A DNA stretch of 63,875 bases, filler included, from Octopus bimaculoides (taxonomy: Eukaryota), in assembly GCF_001194135.2 (NCBI RefSeq). It is 6 parts of 6 records of this genome, joined end to end, with 100 filler letters (N's around TTAATTAATTAA, not from the genome) between each part and the next. Parts side by side here need not be neighbours in the genome. Positions count along the whole stretch, not along the records: positions 29,495 to 43,781 come from NC_068983.1; positions 43,882 to 52,359 come from NC_068999.1; positions 52,460 to 59,059 come from NC_068993.1; 3 more parts are not named here. One strand, written 5' to 3'. A model generated the notes under the pieces. It made no database searches. It was given only the letters and a program-made list of their open reading frames with translations, and was not told the origin of the DNA. Made by a program: the position numbers and the translations under genes. Position 1 is the first letter of the stretch, and every line of letters begins with the position of its first letter. Positions 39,131 to 53,990 of the stretch are shown here, in pieces.

Positions 39131-40886
39131 AACTTTCTTTCTAAGCAGTCTTCAGTGGACAATGACCAGGGAAAATTTTTTTTATTTCCAAACCCTCATA
39201 TTTAGAGAGTTTCTTCATTTTTAATGGAAATACCGTATCAGAGTATCATCTGTTGTGTTTAATAATTCAAAAGGAGTCATGTAGTTTTCCTCAAGAACAA
39301 AGACCGCTCGATTGATTTACTGTCTCTGTAGTGTAGCTCATCTTCGAATATAGTCCTTTGTCTGAGTCTTTGTCTTTGGCACAATTTTTCTAATTCCGTC
39401 ACCCCTTAATGTATTCTTTCCCAAGGTTATGCAACCAGTGACAATGGAGTTAATTGATTCTTCCCGACGTTCTCAAGCGCCGCACTAACGTAATATTTTC
39501 AGCTTCATTATATGCCTTTAGTAGTTTCTGGTGGGAAGGCACGGAGATTGTATTATAATCAAGAAACATCGGTTTTGAGTTATATATCTCTCAGACAGTG
39601 TTACGATTTGTCTTTGTCTATTTGAAGAGAAATACTGCAAGGGAATAATGCTGTAAAGATAGAGCGACAATAAAGACTATGAAGAATTAAGACAAAAAGC
39701 GGGACAATATTCTCTTCTTCTTTTGAATATTGTAGGAGTTTTTCGTTCGATCATCGCTTTAGCATGGTATTCTGTAACTCCATTTTAAAAATGAATTTTG
39801 ATTTGCTTCACGGTTTATGTTTAAGTCTCTCCTTCTTTTCTTACAATCGTTTCTTATTTCTGTCGATGTTTTTACATTTCTTTTCTTACCGGAAGACAGA
39901 AAGGCATTTTGTTTCGTATTAGTTTTCTATTATTCTTTACTAGATATTTTTGTAATCAGTTGATATTTTCTGTTAGATTTCCAGTTACAAAATGTCCCTA
40001 CCTATCAGGATTCAGGACAAATACATTTCTCTGTCAGATTTTGATTGGTGTTCGCTAAATACTTTCAATAATTAATTTTGGTTTCTGTCTAGCTTAGCAT
40101 CCAGTTAAGAACATTATAATATTATTACTGGGATAGCCAGAATATTGATGCATAGTACTTATTTTTCCACTTAACCTTGTTAAAAAGGCGTCATAAAATT
40201 ACTTTCTAATATTTTCCTTGGTGTGTGTATGTTGTACTCTAGTATTGTTCCCAGTTCGTCTAATTGCTGTATTTGGAATTCATTTAGAAATGTTAACATC
40301 ACCAGCATTCAAGGATTTATTCTCACAACTTAGAAGCTTCGTAGACTAGGAGCTAGTTTCCAGACATTCCTCAATTCAGCTATGTGGCTGTCTATGAAAA
40401 GTTTTTATATTTTATGCAGGCTATTGTTAGGATTTTATGTTGTTTGCGACCATCTTCCAAAATCAACTAATCGATTAGAAGTCGATTTTGCAATCATAGG
40501 ACCCACCTTTACAGTCTTTTTGCTCATCAAGGAAGATACGATTTTCTGTCAAGAAGTTATGTGTGCATTCGGTCAAGACATATGTTCATATCTTATTCAT
40601 GGTTGTTGAACGGGTTATAAGTCTATACTTTTCGGTTCATTTGTTTCTTCATTCTTCAGAAGTAAAGATGTAACACCATTAACTAGTCAAAAAGGTTTCT
40701 TGTTAGGTGGCTCCAAAAAATTGCTGTAGAATCTAGTAAGTAGTTCATGACTTTCTGAAAAAGTATTCAAGCAAAAATTACGAATAATTTACTTTCTAGG
40801 AAACTTCCACTTGCTTGATTTTCTGAGAGCTGATCTTACATCCTCTACGTTGATACCCTTCTACTTATGCTCTTTTAAGCGGGATG
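39130..40886 (-). pseudogene. Degraded R4/Dong-like LINE (RT to zinc knuckle)
   Basis: INVEDVRSALRKSS / NFCLNTFSESHELLTRFY / GVTSLLLKNEETNEPK-YRLIT / EQKDCKGGSYDCK-LLID / ESINSIVTGC. Confidence 0.7.
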
Positions 40887-40887
40887 A

Positions 40888-42065
<1,178 letters not shown>

Positions 42066-42259
42066 CACATATTTCCTATGCAGAGGTTTTTGTTTCCCCC
42101 TATCAGCCAATTACATATATATATATATGGAATAATTACTACGAAGCATTGTATATCTCTATTGTAATATGATAATACTTTCAGTTTTAATAGTGAAACT
42201 ATTATATACATAGTGAAAATGTTATTTTGAAACTATTAAAAGTGACACTATTATGTCAC

Positions 42260-42273
42260 ATACATACATGCAC

Positions 42274-42325
<52 letters not shown>

Positions 42326-42452
42326 GCATGTATATATGGGTATATACATCTGCACATATATGTATGTATATATATATGTATATATTAATAGATATATATG
42401 TATAGATGTATAAGTATACATGTATATATCTACATGTATATGTAGAGATGTA

Positions 42453-42496
<44 letters not shown>

Positions 42497-42601
42497 TATA
42501 TATAGATTTATATGCATATATATATATGAGTATATGCATGTATATATATATATATATGTGTGTATATATATATGTATATATATGTATATCTATATATCTA
42601 T

Positions 42602-42636
<35 letters not shown>

Positions 42637-42895
42637 CATTTATGTAAATTTATGTATGCATGTATATATATGTAAATATATGTGTACATATATATGTATT
42701 ATATCTGTATATATGAAGATGTATATATATAGATCTATACGTATATATATGTATATATATATTTATGTATATATATGTATATATACGCATATATATGTAT
42801 ATATGCATATATATATGTATATATACATACATATGTATATGTATATATACATATATATACATATATACATGTATATATACATTTTATGTATATAT
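42260..42895. repeat. Compound (CA)n/(AT)n/(ATGT)n low-complexity tract
   Basis: Directly visible; source of many spurious YIYI ORFs. Confidence 0.95.
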
Positions 42896-44129
42896 NNNNN
42901 NNNNNNNNNNNNNNNNNNNNNNNNNNNNNNNNNNNNNNNNNNNNNNNNNNNNNNNNNNNNNNNNNNNNNNNNNNNNNNNNNNNNNNNNNNNNNNNNNNNN
43001 NNNNNNNNNNNNNNNNNNNNNNNNNNNNNNNNNNNNNNNNNNNNNNNNNNNNNNNNNNNNNNNNNNNNNNNNNNNNNNNNNNNNNNNNNNNNNNNNNNNN
43101 NNNNNNNNNNNNNNNNNNNNNNNNNNNNNNNNNNNNNNNNNNNNNNNNNNNNNNNNNNNNNNNNNNNNNNNNNNNNNNNNNNNNNNNNNNNNNNNNNNNN
43201 NNNNNNNNNNNNNNNNNNNNNNNNNNNNNNNNNNNNNNNNNNNNNNNNGATACAGGTCAGTGGACACATAGAAAGGTGTGCGAGGAATCTCAATCCTAAT
43301 TTCCTAATTTTTCCCTTCTATCAATGTTAACAGAACACATCAACACAACAAAGAATGAATAAAGAGGCAATTTTCATTAATAAATCTCTTCTTCGACTAA
43401 ATATAAACACATAACATAATATAAAACACCACTAATATTCTATTTAATATCACTAACCCCCATACATCCCATACACCATTCACACTACAAATCCAGATCT
43501 ACCCTAATTGCACCAAATCCAGAACTACTTACCTCCCTTACACATAATCTTTTTACTAAAGGACTAATAGACTTGACACCGTTCAGAATTCGGTGTATAC
43601 TCAAAGCAATGAATAGTATTACTACGAAACCGGCATGCTTGTAAATCTCTTTAACAACTCACAATAATGAGTTTTATTACCTTTATTCCTACCTCAGTTC
43701 ATTTAATTGTATATATATATATCATTACTTTTCATAAAAAGCCTTACCTTCTTTTTGATTTCCAATGTGCATTTTCTCTTANNNNNNNNNNNNNNNNNNN
43801 NNNNNNNNNNNNNNNNNNNNNNNNNTTAATTAATTAANNNNNNNNNNNNNNNNNNNNNNNNNNNNNNNNNNNNNNNNNNNNGATATAGATATTTAATGTT
43901 TTATTATATAAAAACTGTTCACTGAGTAATCTGAAATATTACTCAGTGAAATCGATCTATCTTTTATCTGTTACGTGTTTCGGACATTGGACTGTGACCA
44001 TGCTGGGGCACCACCTTAAAGAGTTTAGTCGAACAAATCAAGCTCAGTACATATTTTTAAGTCTGATACTTATTCTATCAGTCCCTTTGGTCAAACTGCT
44101 AAGTTACAAGTACATAAAGAAACCAGTAC

Positions 44130-44485
44130 TGGATGTCAAGTAGTGGTATAGCACAAACACAAAGACTACACACACACACACATGCATGTGTGTATAAATC
44201 CAGTTAATCTGATCAAGAGAACAACCTGCTTGTGAGATTAATGTGCATGTGGCTGAGCACTCCACAAACACATGTACCCTTAACATAGTTCTCAAGGAGA
44301 TTCAGCATTTCACAGAATGTGACAAGGTTGGCCCTTTGAAATACAGGTACATCTCATTTTTGCCAGCTGAGTGGACTGGAGCAATGTGAAATAAAGTGCA
44401 TTGCTCAAGGACACAATGCGTCGCCTGGAATTGAACTCACAACCTTGCGATCATGAGTTGAATAACCTAACCACTGAGCCACACA
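44130..44485 (-). mobile_element. tRNA-derived SINE type D
   Basis: Minus-strand head gtggctcagtggttagg...gtgagttcaattcc, then tgtgtccttgagcaa. Other copies at about 16430-16650 (-) and 55375-55580 (+, 3' part). Confidence 0.72.
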
Positions 44486-44688
44486 CCTTCACATGTGTAT
44501 ACCAAATTCACTTGCAAGACATTGGTCAGCCCCAGGGTATAGTTGAAGACATTTGCCCAAGGGGTTGCACTATGGGACTGAACCCCAAATGATATGGTTG
44601 CAAAGAAGGCTTCTTGACCACACAGCCATACCTGCACTTATCAATTTTACATTTATATGATTTCTATTTTGTTTTCTTTTTTTATTAG

Positions 44689-44931
44689 TACCTTTTCGAG
44701 AATTGCCTCAATATAGCAGTCGCAGGACAATCAAGTATTCAACAAACTTTCGATTGAGTAAATGCCGCAGTGAAACTCGCCTCAACTTGAGTATGATGGA
44801 TAGCAACTTCTTTAAGCCTGATGGAAGTTTTCACCGTTACAGTATGAGCTCTGATTGCTATTCAGTAACCAATTCTGATTCTCCTCGTTCTATAAGCTCA
44901 TCAAGTACTTATTCAGGACAAATCAGTGGAG
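44689..44931 (+). CDS. Internal coding exon of an unidentified host gene (Ser-rich, phase 1-1, 243 nt)
   Basis: Strong acceptor (gttttcttttttattag|) and donor (GAG|gtatga). Open frame PFRELPQYSSRRTIKYSTNFRLSKCRSETRLNLSMMDSNFFKPDGSFHRYSMSSDCYSVTNSDSPRSISSSSTYSGQISG. No transposon motifs seen. Confidence 0.75.
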
Positions 44932-45292
44932 GTATGAAATTGTTTTCTTTAATTAGTCACTTCCCATCTTCAAAATCATCATAAATTACTAGAAATAAGA
45001 ATTACAAGATATATTTATAAATAGGTACCATAAAATAACACATATTTCACATTATAAACAGCAAAAAGATTTCATTTTTGTTTACGATTTGCAAGATTCT
45101 TGATGTGCATTCAGGTGTTGTCACATATTTCATTGTTTCTCAGGAGAGTCATTATGCCAACAAGCCAGAGGATTTCACAGAGCTCCAATGTCTGCTTTGG
45201 CATGCTATCTACAACTGGTTGCCCTTCCTAATGCCAAGCACTTATAAAACAAGAGAGTGGGGTATAATACTGATGGAATTGAGAGTATGACA

Positions 45293-45512
45293 AATTGCAG
45301 CATGGAAGGTGTTTATAACCATTTAAGAAACACACAAAAACCGTTAGATTCACTTCAACATTTAAATTCCATGCATGGAATTTTGTCAGTGAACAGGTTG
45401 CCATCTCAAAGCGCCGAAAATATTTTGGCAAATTAAATTTAAATGTTGAAGTGAATCTAACGGTTTTTGTGTGTTTCTTAAATGGCTTATAAACACCTTC
45501 CATGCTGCAATT
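45293..45512. mobile_element. MITE with near-perfect TIRs of about 75 bp
   Basis: aattgcagcatggaaggtgtttata...caacatttaaatt and its reverse complement, with a spacer of about 65 bp. Confidence 0.85.
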
Positions 45513-45929
45513 GTTTTCGTTCCAGCATACGATCTCAGATCTAGTCACTTGCTATGCAAGTACATTTCCGTAATATATATATATATCATCATCATCATCA
45601 TCGTTTAACGTCCGCTTTCCATGCTAGCATGGGTTGGACGATTTGACTGAGGACTGGTGAAACCGGATGGCAACACCAGGCTCCAATCTAATTTGGTAGA
45701 GTTTCTACAGCTGGATGCCCTTCCTAACGCCAACCACTTTGGTCTGATCAATAAGTATCCGGACTGTTGCATTAGTAACAAAGCTAAAGCATGCAGAGTG
45801 AAGCTGCCTGGCACAGATTGACCTTTAACTCTGCTGTGCATGCACACTAAGTTTTAATATTCTAGCTCATTTCTGTTGTTTACAGCAGTGCTTGGAAGGA
45901 AAGTATGTAGCATGTGATCATCACATTGA

Positions 45930-46190
45930 CTATGACAGAGGAAGTTGAGCAGAGAATCTGCATCAAATTTTGTCAGAAGCTTAGCAATACCTGCTCAGAG
46001 GCCTATGCAAATTTTTCACAAAGTTTTTATCGTTCTCGACACAATCAAGAAGATCTTGTGCAACTGAAACCCAAGTGTATTTTTGGTCAGCTGAAAGCAG
46101 TTTTGGCACAAACTTGGAAGACACGCGTCTCATACCCAAATCTTCAGTGATAAATCATAATTAAATGATCATCCTGTATTTTCTTTCACC
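45930..46190 (+). pseudogene. mariner transposase N-terminal relic
   Basis: MTEEVEQRICIKFCQKL...EAY resembles the mariner N-terminal HTH start (EQRxCIKFC). Confidence 0.6.
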
Positions 46191-46980
46191 AAAAGCCAGA
46201 AACTTTTCCCCCTTGTATAAATATGTATATGTATAGCATCGTCATCATCATGATCATTTAATGTCCATTCTAGTATGAGTTGGACGATTTGATCAGGGCT
46301 GGTAAACTGAGGAGCTGCACCAGACTCCAGTCCGATTTGGCATGGTTTCTACAGCTGGATGCCCTTCTTAACACCAACCACTCAAAGAATGTAATGAATG
46401 CTTCTACATGCCACCAGCACAAGTGCCAGCTGTGTGACACCAGTATCTGCCAGGACTACAATTTCACTTGGCTTGATGGGTCTTCTCTTCAAGCACGGCA
46501 AATTGCCAAAGGCCTCAGTCATTTGTCATTGCCTCTGTGAGACCCATATCAACCACATATACTTAATGCATATATATATCATGTATTTGCCAGTAAACTG
46601 CAATTTGGTATGGTGGAGAATACTTTCTCAAAGCACTGCATGTTAAAACACTTGAAAGTCATAGGCAGGCAAGATGACTCACCTCTAATCCCATCCAGGA
46701 GTGATGGACATCGATGTTTTGTCATTTTTGTGGCTTGTCAACATCACGTACTTGAACATGGTCGGAGGTTAATCATATCACCAGTCCATGACTTATATGC
46801 ATGTAGCATGCAAACTCTGTGCCCAGACAAAGCATACATAAGAATAATATATAAAACATACTCACACACACACAACATCATCATTGTTGTCATTGTCATT
46901 TAATGTCCTTCTTTCCGTTTTGCCATGCTGGCATGGGTTGTACAGAAAGTATGGTGGGGAAGTAAAGCTGTGAAAGTGTG

Positions 46981-47900
46981 ACATGTAGCTGTGTGGTAAG
47001 AAGCTTGTATTCCCAACCACATGGTTCCAGGTTCGGTCCTAGTGCATGGCACCTTCGTTAAGTGTCTTCTACTATAGCCTTGTGATGATCAAAGCCTTGT
47101 GAGTGGACTTGGTAGACAGAAACTGAAAGAAGCCCATCGCACGCACGTGCGTGTGTTTGTGTGTATGTGTTTGTCCCCCACTACTGCTTGACAACCAGTG
47201 TTGGTGTGTTTACATTCCCATAACTTAGCGGTTCAACAAAAGAGACTGATAGAATATGTACCAGACTTTAAAAAAGAAAATACACTGGGGTTGATTCAAT
47301 TGACTAAAAATTCTTCAAGGTAGTGCCCCAGCATGGCCACAGTCTAATGACTGAAACAGGTATATATTTAGTAAAATGCTAAATTCATGATCTTATACTA
47401 CTGACCCAATCTACCGTAGTGTTACTTCCATCTCCTATCATCTGCAATTAATTTGCATTTTGTAACCCAAAAAATGATAAAGAAACTCTAGCACAATTGT
47501 TTCTAAAGGTTAATCTAAAAATAATTGCATAAGACGTAGGAGTGGCTATGTTGTAAGTAGCTTGCTTACGAACCACATGGTTCCGGGTTCAGTCCCACTG
47601 TGTGGCACTTTGGGCAAGTGTCTTCTACTATAGCCTCGGGCCAACCAAAGCCTTGTGCATATGTATATATATATATATGTACGTATGTGTATTTGTTTGT
47701 GTGTCTGTGTTTGTCCCTCCAACATCGCTTGACAACCGATGCTGGTGTGTTTACGTCCCCGTAACTTAGCGGTTTGGCAAAACAGACCGATAGAATAAGT
47801 ACTAGGCTTACAAAAAATAAGTCTTGCGGTCGCTTTGCTCGACTAAAGGTGGTGCTCCAGCATGGCCACAGTCACATGACTGAAACAAGTAAAAGAGTAA
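46981..47900 (+). mobile_element. Two type A composite SINEs (about 46981-47360 and 47535-47900)
   Basis: Both show head, CORE-like segment, (GT/AT)n and right arm. Degenerate copies also at about 558-850, 1075-1195, 5890-6065, 20420-20580, 29180-29320 and 44490-44640. Confidence 0.78.
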
Positions 47901-48010
47901 ATATGTTCAATATTCTCTTTGAGCAAAATGCCAAGTTCATAATGTTTACATTTCAAGAGAGATAACTCATCCCTGCATAAATTTGAAGTTATCAAGTTGT
48001 TGGGTTAAAG

Positions 48011-48314
48011 CACGGATTCTCAACCATTTTTTTACCTATAGATCCCTTTGATTACTATTTTATTCTGGTGGACCCTCATAGCCGTTTGATATTTAAAATT
48101 AATTTTATAGATACTTCTTTCAAATTTCCTATTTTGTTTTTGCATACATTAACTTGTGTAGGTTGACCTATGTAAAACATTAGAGAAAGAAACCTAGCTG
48201 TTTCTTGCAATACATACCAATACACACATAGAAAGTTAATTTTTTTCAAGGGGCCCTTAAAATACTATTGTGGACCCCCAAAAATCCTATATGGGCCCCT
48301 GTTGAGGTCCACTG
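48011..48314. mobile_element. hAT (Buster-type) MITE
   Basis: Perfect 8-bp TSD GGTTAAAG (central TA) at 48003-48010 and 48315-48322; TIR cacggattctcaac / gttgaggtccactg. Confidence 0.88.
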
Positions 48315-48548
48315 GGTTAAAGTCATTGACTCAAATTTGCTATCATTCTACGGAGTAAGATATTAAATAAAATCAGAAATCTATTGCTTTTGTGTTAAGA
48401 ACACTTCTACAAGTGATTTCAATACTTTTTTAAAATATATCAAGCTGTTGAAATCAAATCTAAGTCAATCTTATCATTTTTATTCAAAAACACTTCACAT
48501 ATATTTTACATTAATCTAACTGCTTCTAACTGTGAACAATTCTTTCAG

Positions 48549-48569
48549 ATTTAAGCTTGGATATAAAGG
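48549..48569 (+). CDS. Candidate 21-nt micro-exon (phase 1-1; D-LSLDIK)
   Basis: aattctttcag|ATTTAAGCTTGGATATAAAGG|gtgaga. Phase-compatible with exon 44689-44931; read-through hits TGA. Confidence 0.35.
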
Positions 48570-49364
48570 GTGAGATTGGAAGTAGACTTCATTGATTTCT
48601 GGTTTAATACCACTACTTAGTATTTGATTGCCTCTGGAAGGGTTAGTTTTGTTGCAAGCATTTGGACCAGGTCTCTGGTTTGTGGTCTTACTTCAATTTC
48701 CTTAATCTTAGAAACACTGGAAAAAGTCATGGCACTTATCTTTCTTCCTGTAATTAATCTATAAAAAAAAATAATAATTTTAAGAATAGAGAACTCTGTT
48801 ATTTAATAATATTGGTCAGAAAATCTTTCTAGAATGATCAACTATTGCAAAGTGTGAATACAGTTTTAGCACAGATACCAGTTATGTACAAAGAGCTTAG
48901 GTGATAAGAAAAAGAAATGTTAGGTTCCAACAAGGACAAATTAAGCTAGTGCAAGGCCTGAAGTATATTTTACAAAGGGAGTTTTAAATGAAAACCTGAG
49001 CTCTTTTATCAAATTATAATTAAGACCAATGTATATAGATTAGCAGAATAAGGGAGGAATACACAAGCCAGTTACTATCAGTTTACTGGTTGTGCTTTCT
49101 GCCAGAGAATTTAATTGTAGTTGGGTATTTTTTTATGAATCAAACTACATACTTGAAAGATTAATATAGATAGATCAGTTATTGTCGGACTGGATATTGA
49201 ATTAATTAATACAAGGTATCCACTATTTATTATTTTACCTAAAGCTTCATATTTACCTGCTAGCTAATGTGTTCAAGATAATTAGAAGTTTAATCCTGGA
49301 AAATGACAGCTTAGATATGGTTAATTATGTGGTAAAATTAAATGGGTGGATCTTTCTTCTACAG

Positions 49365-49427
49365 ATCTTGGTTTAGTTGTAAACAAAAACCTAAAAATAC
49401 AAAGCTTAATTGCTACAATATTACAAT
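49365..49427 (+). CDS. Candidate coding exon (phase 1-1; DLGLVVNKNLKIQSLIATILQ)
   Basis: tctttcttctacag| acceptor and |gtaagt donor; 63 nt; open in the phase-compatible frame. Confidence 0.45.
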
Positions 49428-49508
49428 GTAAGTTTGATTTTCTGGTCTGACATTGAAAATGTAACTAAGTGAAATTAAGCTTCTTCTATGTGTTATAGTT
49501 TTGCTTAA

Positions 49509-49715
49509 CTCTTTAGCATTCAGATTACTCCGTCAAATATAATGTTTGTTTATTTGCATTATTTTGAATTAATTGTGCATTATCTCATGGCTTTGAGATT
49601 TGATGATGTGACTCTGTTTTTAGAATAACATTTTGGGGTAGGTGTGAGAGGTCAGTTTGAATATAAAACTGGTAGAATATTTGGCCCAGATATGGTCAGT
49701 TTAATTGCTAAAGGG
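49509..49715. mobile_element. piggyBac-type MITE
   Basis: TTAA|ctctttagca...tgctaaaggg|TTAA. Confidence 0.78.
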
Positions 49716-51689
49716 TTAAGATTAACATAACTATATGCAATAAAATATTTCTTACCTGTTTAAAAACTCTTATTTCACTGAATGAAGATAGTAAGCTTTG
49801 GGATGCCTATAACACATAAGAGATAATCTGATATAAGTAATAATCTGACTCATTCAACCACTATTATTTATGAGAAAAATGATAAAATTCAGTGATTGTA
49901 TGATGCCTTTAATGCAGCATAATAGAGAAATAGAATGGCAACTCTTTTTATTATATTAATTAGTATACTTATATTTGCCATTGCCTCACAATTTGATAAT
50001 TATAATTTGTTTGAAATTAAAGTATGTTGGATTGCAAATGTATTCTAAGTATTGAGTGAACCTTAAACACTCAGTTGATTCTAAAGTTGACTGCAAAATA
50101 GTATTGTAGTAATGAAACATTGAGCATGTATAATATAGCATTACTGTAATAAAGATTTTAGTAAATGTAGTATAATACTAGTTGTATAATATAGTATTAT
50201 AGTATAGTATTGACATGTATAATATCATAGTAATATAGTGTCGTACTATAATAATATACTATAATAGTAATATGCTATAATATAGTAATGTAACATTTAG
50301 CATGTTTAGTTTTGTAGAAATATAGTATAGCATTATATTAATTTCAAATTTTGGCTCAAGCCCAGCAATTTTAGGAGAGGGAATAGGTCAATTACATCGA
50401 CCCCAGTATTCAACTGGTACTTATTTTATTGACTCCCCCAAAAGGATGAAAGGTAAAGTGGACCTCAGTGGAATTTGAACTCAGAGCGTGAAGAAGGATG
50501 AAATGCCGCAAAGCACTTTGCTCAATGTGTTAACAATTCTGCCAGCTCACTGCCTTAGTAAAGTATTATATTAATAAAAACGTTTAGCGTGTACTGTATT
50601 ATAGTAATATAGTATAGTATAAAACATTTCATAACAGAATATGCTCCAGGCCCCACGAAAATGTGGGTTCTGATGTGTATGCTAGTCTTGGTTGTAAGTT
50701 AATTCAGTGCTGAATACGAAAAATAATTTTGAGTAGAAATGAAAGATGTTTAAATGTTCAGCAATATATTTTATTTTTAAAATTGGGACATAATGAGACA
50801 AGGGTCATTAAAATGTTTTTTTGCTTATCCTTAATGTGAAAATGAAACTTTATATCAGCAAGTATCTAGAACATATTAACTGAGGTACTCTGGGATACTC
50901 TTTACTGTAGAGTAGTTTTCAGAAGATACAGTGAGTCAGTGGCTTGTAGTAAAAGTTTGTTAGCAGGATCTTCGTTGTTTGTTCGGGAGTTCATTGATAG
51001 AAAAGATATTTACCATAAGCAATGACGCTATTATAGTGGTTAATCCATGCAAAAAGCTTCATGTGTAATCTAAAGAAAGGCAAGAGTTACCTCCCTTGTT
51101 CTTGATGAATGAATTTAAACGCTTTCTCGAGAAAGTTTTGTCTTATGGTTACTTGGATAATTTCGGTAGGTCGAAGTTTTCGGGGCCCTGTATATGTAGT
51201 GGTCGCACCATATTTATCAAAGTGATTCATTTGACGTATTCTATCAATATACCATTGATGTACTACACTTATTAAATTACTGTCAGTAATTATTCCATTC
51301 TGGAACTAATACTACTGATGGCTGCTGAGGAAGGTATAAAGTTATAAGATGTTCATTCACATCCATCACCTTGGCAACAATAAAGTTAAAAGATATTAGT
51401 CATTAGAACCATTTGTAGAAAATCATCCTAAAATGATATGTGCATATGTATGTACGTATGTATATATGTGTGTATGTATGTATATATATATATGTATGTA
51501 TGTGTTTTCATTTTTTCATTTTATCTAGTTTCATCTCATGAGCTGTGGCCATGCTGGGGCACTGGCATTTGGTGTTACTACATAATTTTACTTCATGAAT
51601 GCTTTTCAGGAATTGACATTTGGTGCATGAGAGAGTTTGATGCAGTTGCCCTCATCTGGGACACTTGACAGTAAGACACCTACATCCAC

Positions 51690-52150
51690 CCCATGCAGGT
51701 CTCTCAGGTCCTTCGTGGACCTCTGAAGCCCAGGCTATTGCAGTATCTTGTCCTACATCTTGATGACAAATTTGGAATCCTTGGCACTATGCAGTGGTGC
51801 CCAGTTCTAGTATTTGTGTAACTTTCGATGCCAAAGTTTGGGACAAGTCCTTCAAGGATCTTCCAGATGTATATTATGGCATATCTTTCTAGCCTACTCT
51901 CTAAGGAATAGAGTCTTAATCTCTTGAGTCTTTCCCTATAGCTTATATGCTGCATGTAGCTTCGTTGGATTGCCTCAAGTTCTGAGATTAATTTGACACT
52001 GGTTGGTGACCATAATTAAGAGAAATTGTCAAAGTGGCCCGAGGACCATCATGGTTTCCTGATCTCGTGTTCTAAAAGTTCTAAGAATCCATCCAGTCAG
52101 TCACCTGCATTTCATTGCCAATTTAGCAACATGCACATGAAAGGATGCAT
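51690..52150 (-). pseudogene. CR1/L2-like LINE 3' ORF fragment
   Basis: HISYRERLKRLRLYSLESRLERYAIIYIWKILEGLVPNFGI. Confidence 0.75.
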
Positions 52151-52208
52151 CATTACTCATGTAAATGCCCAGGTCTTGCACTGACTGTGCCATGTATATG
52201 TATTCATG

Positions 52209-52239
<31 letters not shown>

Positions 52240-52240
52240 G

Positions 52241-52273
<33 letters not shown>

Positions 52274-52459
52274 ATGTATGTATATATATATGTGTGTGTG
52301 TGTGTATATGTATGTATGTATGTATATCTATATTTATGTATATATATATATATATATATNNNNNNNNNNNNNNNNNNNNNNNNNNNNNNNNNNNNNNNNN
52401 NNNTTAATTAATTAANNNNNNNNNNNNNNNNNNNNNNNNNNNNNNNNNNNNNNNNNNNN

Positions 52460-52704
52460 CCCATTCACAAATGAACCCTTCCAGCTCAGAAAATAGTGGT
52501 TACCGACCTGATCCACACTTGCATTTCTTTGCATTTCCCACGTCCACTTGTTAACTGAGTTTATCGTAGTCTACTCGCCATTTTCGAACCATTCGGTGAT
52601 CCAAATTCTTTTCTTTGCAGTAAACAGTAAGATTCTTTCCCCAGTGATTCCTGCACGATTCCTTTCATGTACTCGATGGAATAACTCTTTCTTTTTGCAC
52701 TCAT
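52460..52704 (-). pseudogene. pogo/Tigger-like (CENP-B HTH) transposase N-terminus
   Basis: With one frameshift: MSAKRKSYSIEYMKGIV...KNLTVYCKEKNLDHRMVRKWR...GSGR*PLFSELEGFICEW. Confidence 0.75.
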
Positions 52705-53049
52705 CTTGTCTTGGGGTGAAAATGACCTGACAAATGATTTCCCATTCAATTTCATCATGTTGTTTTATGGATACTTAATGTTTTTTGCATCTACTGACTA
52801 GTACTGACCACTGATGAAAATGTTTCACGACACATTTGAAGGCTCCGATCATAGGCTGTCGATTGATGTACAGCTTGTTAATATTTGAGTTATGAAAGAG
52901 ACACCAGGATAGATTTTTTGAGTGTCGTTATTTTTTAGCCGCCTCGGTTCAGACCTCCAGATAGAGAAGAATTGGAGTGAGGTTACGAGCAGGTGGAACT
53001 TCTAAACCAGACCTGGTCTGAGCGGAGGTTGCAAATGTGTTTATCGCAT

Positions 53050-53990
53050 GTACAATCACCCACTGCCTAACCCCATGCCTTGCCCAGATTAGTGGCTAAG
53101 CAAGTTAGACATATTGCTCTTCCGCTTTTTGTGAAAGGGCAAAGGACCTCATGCAAGGCGTTCTATCTGCTGCCAACAACCGCTAACAGGTGGGCTACAG
53201 ATGTCGTGGCTAATGATGCGCAGGCATGCACTGAGGCTGAGGCATCTTTGACTCTACTTAGATGGTGAGCGGGTGTGGTCTCCGTTCGGCAAACTGATAA
53301 TTCTTCGGTTCACTGGTTTCGGTGAACTGGAACCTTGGATTAAGTGTAGACCACAGTTGGGAGCGTGGCCAGCCGAGTGTCGTAAGGCACTCGGGCTTCT
53401 CTCCCGGGCGGGTAATGCCGGTGGCGAGGGTTCCACCTCGTTATTCTATAGGGGGTTGGTAGAAGCCAAGTGTGACGACACTCTAGAGAAAGCCCTGGGC
53501 TTCGATGATGGTCAATTTGCCAGCCTGTTCCGAAGAACATTTGGACCAGGACCTATGGATAACTTCCAAAAGTTTCTGGCATCGTTGTGTTACCAAGGAG
53601 CCTTACCAGCTCGCAATAAACTCGCCAAGCACGATTTTTCATACTCGCCCACTTGCCGTAGATATACACAGAGCAGTGAAACTGTTCTGAACGTAATTGT
53701 GCTGAGTCCAAAACTTTTGCAATTGTGGGTTTGTTGAACAACTGCCGTCACGTTTAGGAAGAGTGCAACTGTCTTCTGAGTCTATAATAGGGATTGATCC
53801 GCCGCCCTCTCTGAACGGGGAAATGAGGGTTTGTTTTCTCTCTGTAGTGGCTGTAGCAAAAGAGGTTGTGTGAGGGACACGCATGCAAGGTTTAGTGTAA
53901 GGTTCATTTAAGGTTCATCTCCAGCGTCGGTTTAGTAAACTTTTTTATTTTCCATCTTAAAAGGAAAATAAGGCTGGAGAGGAGACGCTT
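53050..53990 (+). pseudogene. Tx1/L1-clade LINE C-terminal fragment (zf-RVT region)
   Basis: NFQKFLASLCYQGALPARNKLAKH..SPTCRRYTQSSETVLNVIV.SPKLLQLW. Confidence 0.7.

Noticed and set aside
42222-43330. Long [12 protein letters not shown], poly-L/Y/M and X-filled ORFs throughout the ORF track
   Set aside because: Translations of microsatellites or of N gaps.
45144-45290. Possible exon ESHYANKPEDFTEL... after a CAG acceptor
   Set aside because: It runs into the RTE-3'UTR repeat motif (ctacaactggttgcccttcctaatgccaa) and has no good donor.
48600-49320. Several protein-like short frames (NDQLLQSVNTVLAQIP..., LHIYLLANVFKIIRSL...)
   Set aside because: Phases are inconsistent with neighbouring candidates and multiple frames are open; cannot be supported without RNA data.
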